Positions 46,282 through 54,858 of a stretch of 64,000 nt of DNA are shown here, piece by piece. This DNA comes from a virus: IMG/VR virus record IMGVR_UViG_3300018080_000112, positions 79,942 to 143,941 of that record. One strand, 5' to 3'. The notes below the pieces were generated by a model. The model saw only the letters and a list, made by a program, of their open reading frames with translations, did no database searches and was not told the DNA's origin. Each line of letters begins with the position of its first letter. Within the stretch, counting starts at the first letter, position 1. Made by a program: the position numbers and the translations under genes.

Positions 46282-46392
46282 ACAAATGGAGTCCACAGAA
46301 TTTTCTGGAAGTTCTTTCAGAGCGGTCAAACAATCGTCACAGACCAGCTTATATGATTTGTTCTCTAACAGAGAACCTGTCGCTTCCTTCAC
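46279..46392 (-). pseudogene. orphan second MTase N-terminus (MKEATGSLLENKSYKLVCDDCLTALKELPENSVDSICS) cut off by the HNH gene
   Basis: Aligns with the downstream N-terminus; GGAGG RBS; similarity ends exactly where DPP should follow. Confidence 0.75.
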
Positions 46393-46412
46393 AATCTCAA
46401 CCTCCCAAAATC

Positions 46413-46442
46413 AAATCAGCCCCCTCTTTTCGGGAGTTGATA
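46413..46442 (-). terminator. intrinsic terminator after the baseplate gene
   Basis: ATCAACTCCC GAAAAGA GGGGGCTGAT TTTG. Confidence 0.55.
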
Positions 46443-46461
46443 GCGAGATGTGAGACAAACT

Positions 46462-49059
46462 TCACTTAAAAAGTACCGGGATCTCGATAACACGGTCCTT
46501 TTCATCGTAGAACGTAACATGTACACCAGCGGCGCGAACCTGTTCAATCAGCCACGCGAGCCGCATTAACAAAGCATTTCCGTCCAGCAACGCGGAGAAG
46601 GAAAAACCATCACGACGCGGCTGAGAATCTGTCAATGTTGAAGTCTTTACAATAGAAACACCGAGAACCACGGAAGGATCGATGTTACTGACTTTGAAAG
46701 CATCGTGGCTAAAATCGGGAATGAACCCGCGCTCAAACTCGAAATAACCGCTGGTTGGAGTTGTAAGTTTTACACCGTCATAATCAATCGTTTCTTGCGT
46801 ACCATACGAGAAATCAAGCAACGCCTTCCCAGATTCATCAGGGAAACCGAGAGGTGTGGCAAGCACACCTGCCAGCGCTGTAAGGGGCAACTCTTCGTGA
46901 TACGACGCAACTCGCGACCCGGCAAGATGTGACCGGACAAGACCAGACACATAAATTACGTTGCTGTCTCCTCCTGTTCCCTTTCCCCAATAGTAAAGCT
47001 CAGGTCTCCCAAAAGTACCTTCAGAGGAAACCACAACACGAGATGGATAGCCCGGATGTGGATTGTCCGGATGCGTCCGCCAAGCGTTCACTTGTGCTGT
47101 TGTTGGGAGATAAGAAGCATCATCCACAACAAGATCAAAAGGCTGATAATACAACGTCACCGGACCTGGCAACGTCACCGTCTGCAACCCCAGAGTCTTT
47201 GGAGATGTTGCGGGATCAAAAGATTCTACAAGAAGCTGATTCGCCATATAAATACGCGCATCATTTGGGTCTGTTCTGTTGACAGACGCCAGCGCATAAA
47301 TAGAAGACACGCTGTCTTTTCGAACCGTCGTGGGTCCACGAGAAGATGTGTCATACAAGTAGGGTCCAGGAAACTTACCCTCTGGCGTGGCTGGCGGAGG
47401 ATAACCCGCTTCTGGAAGATGATCACTGTAGGTAGGAACAACAGGATCTGTACCATAAATACGGCGCAGTGTTGTTCCTGCGCCGTGCGTGTTCGCTAGT
47501 GGTCTCGCCAAAGGCAAGCGCACCATTCCATTGGGGTCATCAACAAGCTCAACCCACGTCAAATTGTTCGCTATATCCGTGGAAAACGTAGGAGCCACGG
47601 CAAGCCCCAACTGAGGAACAAAGTACTCTGTGTTCCCCGTAGGAACCCACCACGTAACACTTGAGACCTCAATTCGACCGAGATAACCCGTTGTGTCATA
47701 CACACGGAAGTGCAAATTCGGCGACTGTGTTCCTTCCGCGATGCCATTCAAAGGAGCATCAATAGAGAACAAAAAAGTGGACGCTGTGATCTCCGAAGTT
47801 AAGCGCCGTCTTTGCCAGGGAGTTCCTGTAACAAACACCAACTCTTCGCTTCCACCACCTTCGTCTAAAATCCAGGTGCCATACACATCTTCCAGCCGAC
47901 AAGGACAATCAAGCCATGTGTTGTTGACAATCGAGGCATATCCGAGACCGCCGGGAACCTCATCTCGCTGAATCCAGCGGATCGTGACTCCTTTTTTCAG
48001 TCTCTTCGTAGCTGGCAACGGAGAACCCAGAGTAAACGTCAATGTGTTCGGATTGTAACCCGTCGCCGGTGTCAGCAACACAGTTGTGTCCCGCTCTTCC
48101 GGGTCTATCAAAATCTGCGGAGTTGTTGGAACCGCCATTGTGACAGACTCTTCAAGCTTGAGATCAGATGTACCACCCGGCGCTTCTTCACGAAGTCTCG
48201 CTTCTTTCCAGGGAAGCATGTGCAGATACGCATTTCCAGGCAAGCCAGAGCGTGTTATTTGGTCACACAAGATCTTGATGAACACACGACGCGCCTGCGT
48301 CTCTATCAGCTTCCAACAACCCCCTTGCATAAACAAAACTGTGTCGGCGGTCTGGTCATTCGCCAATGGCTCTGACAAACGAACTCTTCTGAGGTAGTGA
48401 TCTGTCGTGACCAGTGTCACATCTTCCTCATTAGGTCCACCCGGATCAAGAACACCAGTTCCATACAAAGGCATGCGGTCAAAAACGGGTCTGTCAAGGT
48501 CAGAGACCTGTCGAAGGACTCCGCTGGTCAAAACCACTGTTCCACCGGAAACAGCGCCGGTGAGGGTATCGCCTGTTTGAAATTCGCCCCCTCTCCGCAC
48601 GTTGTAGTGAATCTTTCCGTCTTGCTTGTCGTGATATCGGAAACGAGCCGACACCCCAGAACCGTTTGTGATCAACTCGTCATGTTGGAAATTCGTTAAA
48701 TTCCAGGTCGTATAGTCCGAGTACTCGATGTTTGGGTTACAAACGATATAGCCGTCACCCGCTTCTCGGTCAATCTCCAGGTCAAAGACAAGGTTGTTGT
48801 AGGGTCCAAGGGTGATTTCAAGAAGTTGCCAGAACGCCGCTGGAATGGTCTTGTAATCCGCCATCAGCGCCTGAGCACAAGCCCGGAAGAAGTCATCATC
48901 AAAGAATCCAAGCGGTGGTCGATGTACTCCGTAATTACCTGCAATCGCAGTGAGATAATTCCCCACAGACCAGCGAAGCAACATCATCCGGCGAACCATC
49001 TGAATCGCAGACCGAATCGGAACATCCGCCGGAATCAAAGTAGTTAAATCAAGAGCCAT
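46462..49059 (-). CDS. virion structural protein (baseplate wedge/tail-associated)
   Basis: N-terminal YL..IAGNYGV.RP..DDDFFR and C-terminal VRAAGV, as in baseplate wedge (P2 gpI/Mu gp48-like) proteins. Confidence 0.65.
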   Translation of the reverse strand: MALDLTTLIPADVPIRSAIQMVRRMMLLRWSVGNYLTAIAGNYGVHRPPLGFFDDDFFRACAQALMADYKTIPAAFWQLLEITLGPYNNLVFDLEIDREAGDGYIVCNPNIEYSDYTTWNLTNFQHDELITNGSGVSARFRYHDKQDGKIHYNVRRGGEFQTGDTLTGAVSGGTVVLTSGVLRQVSDLDRPVFDRMPLYGTGVLDPGGPNEEDVTLVTTDHYLRRVRLSEPLANDQTADTVLFMQGGCWKLIETQARRVFIKILCDQITRSGLPGNAYLHMLPWKEARLREEAPGGTSDLKLEESVTMAVPTTPQILIDPEERDTTVLLTPATGYNPNTLTFTLGSPLPATKRLKKGVTIRWIQRDEVPGGLGYASIVNNTWLDCPCRLEDVYGTWILDEGGGSEELVFVTGTPWQRRRLTSEITASTFLFSIDAPLNGIAEGTQSPNLHFRVYDTTGYLGRIEVSSVTWWVPTGNTEYFVPQLGLAVAPTFSTDIANNLTWVELVDDPNGMVRLPLARPLANTHGAGTTLRRIYGTDPVVPTYSDHLPEAGYPPPATPEGKFPGPYLYDTSSRGPTTVRKDSVSSIYALASVNRTDPNDARIYMANQLLVESFDPATSPKTLGLQTVTLPGPVTLYYQPFDLVVDDASYLPTTAQVNAWRTHPDNPHPGYPSRVVVSSEGTFGRPELYYWGKGTGGDSNVIYVSGLVRSHLAGSRVASYHEELPLTALAGVLATPLGFPDESGKALLDFSYGTQETIDYDGVKLTTPTSGYFEFERGFIPDFSHDAFKVSNIDPSVVLGVSIVKTSTLTDSQPRRDGFSFSALLDGNALLMRLAWLIEQVRAAGVHVTFYDEKDRVIEIPVLFK

Positions 49060-49085
49060 CGAACTCGTTGTCCTTTGCCTAAAAA

Positions 49086-49098
49086 GTTAGGTCCTAAC
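49086..49098. repeat. 13-bp palindrome (copy 9), 2 nt after the bfr stop
   Basis: GTTAGGTCCTAAC followed by TTTTT on minus strand. Confidence 0.9.
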
Positions 49099-49100
49099 AA

Positions 49101-49625
49101 TCAATCGTCGTGATCTTCCTCATCTTCTTTCGGCTCTTCTCGCATGCCGTTGAGATACCGCTCAAGACCAACCTGCTTGATGACGGTGAGTTGACTCGTC
49201 AACCAGTCATAGTGCTTCTCTTCGTCTTCCAGCAACCGTTCAATCAGGACCACAGTCCCGTTGTCTTTATCCTCTCGTGCTTGCTGGATCACCAGGTTGT
49301 AATGACGAATCGCGTCCTCTTCAAGCTTGATATTGTGGCGAATCATCGCCTCCACACTTGCGCCTGGATCAACATCATTGAGCTTAAACTTGGGGACTGC
49401 ATCAAAGAACACAACACGCTCCATCAACAAATGGACGTGGTTCATCTCTTCGATTGCTTCCTTCTTCAAAAGAGCGTGCAACTTGAGATAGCCCCAACCC
49501 GCACAAAGCTCAGATTGAATGAGGTAGGTCGAAATCGCCGTGACCTGATCCGACAAAGAATCATTCAACAAGCCAAGCAACTTCGTAGAAATCTTTCTCG
49601 CTTTGGAAATACGTGTTTGGAACAT
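49101..49625 (-). CDS. bfr: bacterioferritin
   Basis: WGY.KL, EAIEEMNH (haem Met), LEEDAI..YN, DEEKHYDWL, IKQVGLERYL. Confidence 0.9.
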   Translation of the reverse strand: MFQTRISKARKISTKLLGLLNDSLSDQVTAISTYLIQSELCAGWGYLKLHALLKKEAIEEMNHVHLLMERVVFFDAVPKFKLNDVDPGASVEAMIRHNIKLEEDAIRHYNLVIQQAREDKDNGTVVLIERLLEDEEKHYDWLTSQLTVIKQVGLERYLNGMREEPKEDEEDHDD

Positions 49626-49657
49626 CGTTACACCTTCTTATAGGGGATGAAGAGACC

Positions 49658-51496
49658 TCATTTATCGTCCCAATCATCTACAGTAAACCTTCCGCCGATT
49701 ATCTCATCACTTTGCTGAATCCCGATCAAGATGCGCCTTGTCAAGCTGTCTTGATTCAACAAGCCCACATCTTTCTGAAGATCGCGACCTTCATCTACCT
49801 TTGTACGTCGCGCCCGGTACTCTACCGGCAAACCACCCGGACAGAAGGACAACCCATATTCGTCCTCAAGGTTCTGAACCAGTAATGTATAGAGACCCCA
49901 AGGCGTATGAATCGCCGTATCCAAATACACGAAGCGGGGGTTACCTTCGCCAAGGCGTTGTTCGGGCTGTTCAGGGTCTACAGGAGCCTTGAACTGTTGC
50001 GGGAGCACTCGCTTGACCACAACCGGTTCTTCGTCACCCTGAGCTTGTATGACGTAATTTGAGGGTGTTCTCAGTGGGGTTCCATCACGGACAGGTCCGG
50101 TGAACTCCACCAGCAAAATATCTTCGGCAATCGGAACAACCCGCTTGAGAGAGACACAATCCGCAGTCAAGAAACAGCAAATCTCTTCCGCGCTGTTCCC
50201 TTCCATATCGTCCACCATAATCCGGAAACAAACCTTGCTGTCTGCGTCCCATAGCGGGTCAGTGGTCGGTCGATTGATCGTGACTGTGTAAACACCTGGA
50301 CTTGGCGAGATAATGGACCCGGAAAAGTTCAGCAACCAGATAGATCCATTCTGGAGAATCTGTGTCCAAGGTCCAATCGTATCAGGTCCGTAATAAACTT
50401 GCAGTGTCGAAAGGTCCACATCACTATCTGTGTCCACAATCTGGAAACTGAACGCCGTGTTTCGAGGAGCACGCCGCTCGTCACCTTCTGTCAAGCCAAG
50501 ACCACACTCTGGATCTTCGTTGATGATGTCCGGCTCGTCATTGTCCTTGTGCTCCATCGTAAAGGAGCACTCATGAATCGTCTCGTTCCCATCCAGGTCC
50601 AGGACCCGCGTCTTGATCAAAACAATATCATCACTCTGGATGTATCCAGCCGGAACCGTGATCGAAACATCTCGGTCAAGAAGAGGGTCAACACCCGGCG
50701 TTATCACACATGTGATGGTCGGCGCATGTGGTTGCAGCGCACCGTCTCGGATCTTGAGAAGAGAACCGCCGTACTGCGATGTAACACTCAACCAAATCAC
50801 AATCGAAGCATCATCAATACCAGAGCCGCCCGTTGGGTACGGAAGATCTTGTATGCTGTACGTGATGTTAGTGAGCGGGAGAGCAACCCCCACAGATGTA
50901 CAAGCCGGATTGTAGTTGTACACCCGTGGAGGCTCCTCTTCCTTACTCTCAAGATACCAGGAGCCACTTCCGTAACCACCCGCCATTGAACCTTCGCTGA
51001 TGCTCATCCCTTCGTGCGGCTCTTCGTCCAGCCCGTTGGGAAAAACATCATTGCTGTTCAAGCGGTCAACCAAAACCCCGTCCTGGCTGTTGATCTGGTT
51101 CACCCCTAACAGGTCCCGGTTGTTCCAGGAGCCGACTGTGATCGGAACCTCATTCCCGGTCCCTGATTCGGACCCGAACACCGTTGTTGTCTTTGCTCTG
51201 TAGTGATACACACCCGGAGTAGGAGGAATGTCCACATAGAAAAACGAGTCCCGGACCACACCGGACACATCTGACCATGTGAGACCCAAATCATCAGACC
51301 GCTCAACCACGAATCCGTCATACCCAGAAGGCAATAATGACAACTGAGGAGCCGAGAGTTGGATCAATGCGGATGCGCTGATACCAGTCAAAGACGAATA
51401 CCGGTCCAATGGTTGTGTGTAAACCAAAATATCAGGGATGATCGGCTGATCATCGCCAGGTATGTCTATTTGAAACTGATACCAGCGGAACGCCAT
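49658..51496 (-). CDS. virion structural protein with Fn3/Ig-like domains
   Basis: VERSDD...W...YHYR Fn3-like domain, repeated beta-sandwich modules; AGGAG RBS. Confidence 0.65.
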   Translation of the reverse strand: MAFRWYQFQIDIPGDDQPIIPDILVYTQPLDRYSSLTGISASALIQLSAPQLSLLPSGYDGFVVERSDDLGLTWSDVSGVVRDSFFYVDIPPTPGVYHYRAKTTTVFGSESGTGNEVPITVGSWNNRDLLGVNQINSQDGVLVDRLNSNDVFPNGLDEEPHEGMSISEGSMAGGYGSGSWYLESKEEEPPRVYNYNPACTSVGVALPLTNITYSIQDLPYPTGGSGIDDASIVIWLSVTSQYGGSLLKIRDGALQPHAPTITCVITPGVDPLLDRDVSITVPAGYIQSDDIVLIKTRVLDLDGNETIHECSFTMEHKDNDEPDIINEDPECGLGLTEGDERRAPRNTAFSFQIVDTDSDVDLSTLQVYYGPDTIGPWTQILQNGSIWLLNFSGSIISPSPGVYTVTINRPTTDPLWDADSKVCFRIMVDDMEGNSAEEICCFLTADCVSLKRVVPIAEDILLVEFTGPVRDGTPLRTPSNYVIQAQGDEEPVVVKRVLPQQFKAPVDPEQPEQRLGEGNPRFVYLDTAIHTPWGLYTLLVQNLEDEYGLSFCPGGLPVEYRARRTKVDEGRDLQKDVGLLNQDSLTRRILIGIQQSDEIIGGRFTVDDWDDK

Positions 51497-51537
51497 TGTG
51501 GTATCTCCTGATTATACTGTTTGACGCCACACCAAAA

Positions 51538-51550
51538 GTTAGGACCTAAC
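51538..51550. repeat. 13-bp palindrome (copy 10)
   Basis: GTTAGGACCTAAC, 1 nt after a stop. Confidence 0.9.
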
Positions 51551-51551
51551 C

Positions 51552-52094
51552 CTATTCGTCTTTTGATGCCTCGTCATCTTCCTCTTTCTTTGCCGGTTTC
51601 TTCTTCGCCGCCTTCTTCGCCTCTTCCAGACGTTTCTGAAGCTCGATGATTTTATCTTCCGGGTCCGCTTCGTCCTCTTCATCCTCTTCCGAAGACCCTT
51701 CCTCTCCTTCGTCCTTGGTGCCGTCCCCTTCAGAAGAACCTTCGTCGCCAGTCTCGTCACCGTCCTCCGCCTCGATCTCCGCAAGAAGAGCGTCCGTGTC
51801 GTCCTCTTGTTCCTGCGCCGGTTGCGGGTTCACAAGGCTCTGGTAGATGCGCTGGAACATCTCGTTCTTACCGTCGAACCCAAAGACCTCGATCAGCAAG
51901 AACAAGATGAAGTCACCATTGGAGGCAAAACCGAAGCGGCTGACGTTCATCCCGCCGGTGAAGACCACCATCCGATCAGCCTTCATCAAGCCTTTGATGA
52001 ACTCCTTCTTCTGTTTCGCATGTTGCGCTTTCGCCTGTTGTTCCTGTGTGGGTGCTTTAGTTTGCTTGTTCTTTTTCTTGTTCTTGTTACTCAT
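51552..52094 (-). CDS. hypothetical protein with basic N-terminus and long acidic tract
   Basis: AAGGAG RBS; D/E-rich segment. Confidence 0.7.
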   Translation of the reverse strand: MSNKNKKKNKQTKAPTQEQQAKAQHAKQKKEFIKGLMKADRMVVFTGGMNVSRFGFASNGDFILFLLIEVFGFDGKNEMFQRIYQSLVNPQPAQEQEDDTDALLAEIEAEDGDETGDEGSSEGDGTKDEGEEGSSEEDEEDEADPEDKIIELQKRLEEAKKAAKKKPAKKEEDDEASKDE

Positions 52095-52262
52095 GTGAGT
52101 CCAACTCCTTCAGATTAAACAATCCCGGTCAAACCGACCATACTAACTCGCGACTGTTCATAAACAGCCGTACCTCAATCGAAAACATAATATATCAAAG
52201 AGATCACAAAACAAAAGATAAATCAAACCTTTCATCAAACCGAAAGAACAGACCCTTGGAAA

Positions 52263-52454
52263 TCAAGGATTTTCCAAAGCATCGATTTCAGACTCCAACG
52301 TGCTGTTTTCCGCCTCTACCGCATCAATCTCCGCCTGCAACTCCTCGGCTGTTTTTTCATCTTGCGCCGCTTCCAACTCCTTCTTCCTTGCCTTCAAGTG
52401 TTCCTTTTTCTTCTCCGCCGCGACAAGCTGACCCTTTAACCCTTCGTTTGCCAT
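52263..52454 (-). CDS. small coiled-coil protein (possible fibre assembly chaperone)
   Basis: MANEGLKG..., GAGGA RBS, directly after a fibre gene. Confidence 0.55.
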   Translation of the reverse strand: MANEGLKGQLVAAEKKKEHLKARKKELEAAQDEKTAEELQAEIDAVEAENSTLESEIDALENP

Positions 52455-52471
52455 TCTTTTCTGTCCTCTTA

Positions 52472-54829
52472 TTACGCAATAAACGTCCAAGTTCCGCCAC
52501 GCATCTGATATATGGCTTGTGTGGCTGATGTTTTCATGTACAAGGAACCATCCGCCGCTGCAGGAGAACTACCACCACCAACTCCGGCGGTTCCAAAGAT
52601 AAGTTGGGGCACCGCAGAAGGAGCAGAAGATGCATTTCCAAAGTTCAGAGCCACGGTTACATTCGTCCTACCAAAACCGCCACGACAATAAACCTCACTC
52701 GCCTCCAATTCCACCTTACCCGTTGTATTGTTTCCCCACACATAACAAACAGCGCTTGTGCCGGACGGATATAATACTAAATTACCAGACGAAGTACTGA
52801 AATTGCTCGAACCATTCGCATCAAGACTAATACCACCACCGGAAGTTGCATCCAGATGAATACCGCCAGACCCCCCGTTGATGTCAACCGAACCGCCAGT
52901 GCTCGTGGCGTTCAAGAAAATATCATAACCATTGATCGTCGTTAGTGTGATATTCCCTACCGATGTGTCCAGCGTAATAGTTCCACCGGCATTCAGATCA
53001 ATATCACCACCGGTAGTTGTGGCATTAAGAACGATCTGTCCGCCCGTGCTTGAGCTATTCAGAGTGATATTTCCAGAGGATGAGTTCGTCAACGTCATCC
53101 CATCATCAGAAGTAAGGCTCAACGTGGCATCAGAATCAATATACAGGTCTGCACCAGCACCAACCGTCGTAATATCAAGATCCCATCCGTTTGCACTTCG
53201 AACAGACTGCAAACCGCCAGACCTCAAATACATACCCTGGTTTGTTCCTGTGGTTAACTCCATGACTCCGCCAGAATCCATGTCGATTCGACCGCCAGTT
53301 GACTGGATGTACAATTGACTACCACAAGTTAAATTACAGGTCCCCGTTCCACCATCGATACTAAACCACCCGCCAGTCCCCGTTGAATCAATGGTGACCC
53401 CGCCAGTCCCGGCGTTAATATCTACCTGTCCACCAGATCCCGTCGCACTCAAAACAAGATCCGCATTCGTTCCCGTTGCTGATAAAGTGAGGTTACCTGT
53501 CGTGGTTGTGAAGTTACTAGCACCAGAAGCATCAATGCTAATAAAACCACTAGGGGAATCAATGGTGACACCGCCCGTACCGGCGTCAATGTTCACTTGT
53601 CCGCCGGACCCCGTTGCACTCAACAAAAGATCTGCATTCGTACCAGATGCCGACAAGGTGAGGTTTCCAGAGGTAGTCGTGAAGTTACTCGCACCGGAAG
53701 CATCAAGGCTAATTACACCACCCGAAGTTGCGTCCAGGTACATACCACCGGAACCTGCATTTATATCAACGGAACCACCGGTGCTCGTGGCATTGAGAAA
53801 AATATCATAACCATTGATTGCTGTCAGCGTGATGTTGCCCACGGTGGTATCAAGGGTCATCGCACCATTCGAGTTAACATCCAAGACACCCCCGGATGTG
53901 ATCGAAATAGTACTGCTCGCACCTGTCGTGAGTAAACCCACTGTACCGGATGTATTGGTATTGAAGAGAGATGTGGTCGCTCCTGAAGATGAAACACTGG
54001 TTGTTCCAGAAGACCCCAAAGAAGCACCTCCAGTGCCTCCGTTTAAGCTAACCAATCCTCCCGATGTTTGAGCATAAACATAAAAACCACCGCCGGTTGC
54101 CGAATTCGTTATGACAATGTTTCCAGATGCCGAGTTGTCCAGCGTAATGCCTTCGTCAGCATCCATATCAAGCGTTCTGTCGGAATTGATGGAAATATCC
54201 GCGCCGCTCCCCACGGATTGAATATCAACATCATACCCGTTAGCGCTTCGTAATGACGCCGCGCCCCCGCTGTACAACCGCAAAGCGGCGTTTGTTCCAG
54301 ACGTGATCTCCATGATGCCAGACGAATCAATGTCCAGTTGTCCGTTATAGTAATACTGACCAATACCAGACAACTGACCGCCGTCAGTCAACACCCCCAC
54401 AGAGTTCTGGATCGTCTTTCCACCGGTCCCATTGAAGCGAGCAAGCGCATGATCAGTCGAAGATGCCGGACCCACAACATCACCAGATGCCGCACCTGTG
54501 CTGATTGTTTGCCAACCGCTATTGTACAACTGTAGTTGTGCGGTCGTTGTATTCCACACGAGCATTCCATTTGCAGGCGAAAGGTAGCCCCTCTGCGTTG
54601 TGTTAAACGGCGCAACTTGCAAAGCGGACCCCAGACCCCCAGACGCACCCGCTTCGCCTATGACAAGCCCCCCGTTGCCATCCTTGCTCAAGCTCGCAGA
54701 CTTGATTCCACTCAGTCCATAATGGATCGTATGGGATTGATTTGTACGAACAGGACCGTGTTCACCAGACGCGGGATCTCCCGTCGTGTATGTCGATCCT
54801 GGATATCCTAAACCTACAAAATCAGGCAT
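52472..54829 (-). CDS. tail fibre-like protein with internal beta-strand repeats
   Basis: G/S/T-rich; duplicated blocks GNITLT.INGYDIFLNATSTGGSVDIN and ASGASNFTTT.GNLTLSA.GTNADL.LSATGSGGQV. Confidence 0.7.
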   Translation of the reverse strand: MPDFVGLGYPGSTYTTGDPASGEHGPVRTNQSHTIHYGLSGIKSASLSKDGNGGLVIGEAGASGGLGSALQVAPFNTTQRGYLSPANGMLVWNTTTAQLQLYNSGWQTISTGAASGDVVGPASSTDHALARFNGTGGKTIQNSVGVLTDGGQLSGIGQYYYNGQLDIDSSGIMEITSGTNAALRLYSGGAASLRSANGYDVDIQSVGSGADISINSDRTLDMDADEGITLDNSASGNIVITNSATGGGFYVYAQTSGGLVSLNGGTGGASLGSSGTTSVSSSGATTSLFNTNTSGTVGLLTTGASSTISITSGGVLDVNSNGAMTLDTTVGNITLTAINGYDIFLNATSTGGSVDINAGSGGMYLDATSGGVISLDASGASNFTTTSGNLTLSASGTNADLLLSATGSGGQVNIDAGTGGVTIDSPSGFISIDASGASNFTTTTGNLTLSATGTNADLVLSATGSGGQVDINAGTGGVTIDSTGTGGWFSIDGGTGTCNLTCGSQLYIQSTGGRIDMDSGGVMELTTGTNQGMYLRSGGLQSVRSANGWDLDITTVGAGADLYIDSDATLSLTSDDGMTLTNSSSGNITLNSSSTGGQIVLNATTTGGDIDLNAGGTITLDTSVGNITLTTINGYDIFLNATSTGGSVDINGGSGGIHLDATSGGGISLDANGSSNFSTSSGNLVLYPSGTSAVCYVWGNNTTGKVELEASEVYCRGGFGRTNVTVALNFGNASSAPSAVPQLIFGTAGVGGGSSPAAADGSLYMKTSATQAIYQMRGGTWTFIA

Positions 54830-54858
54830 AGGTCTGACTCCCTATTGAGTTGAAATTA

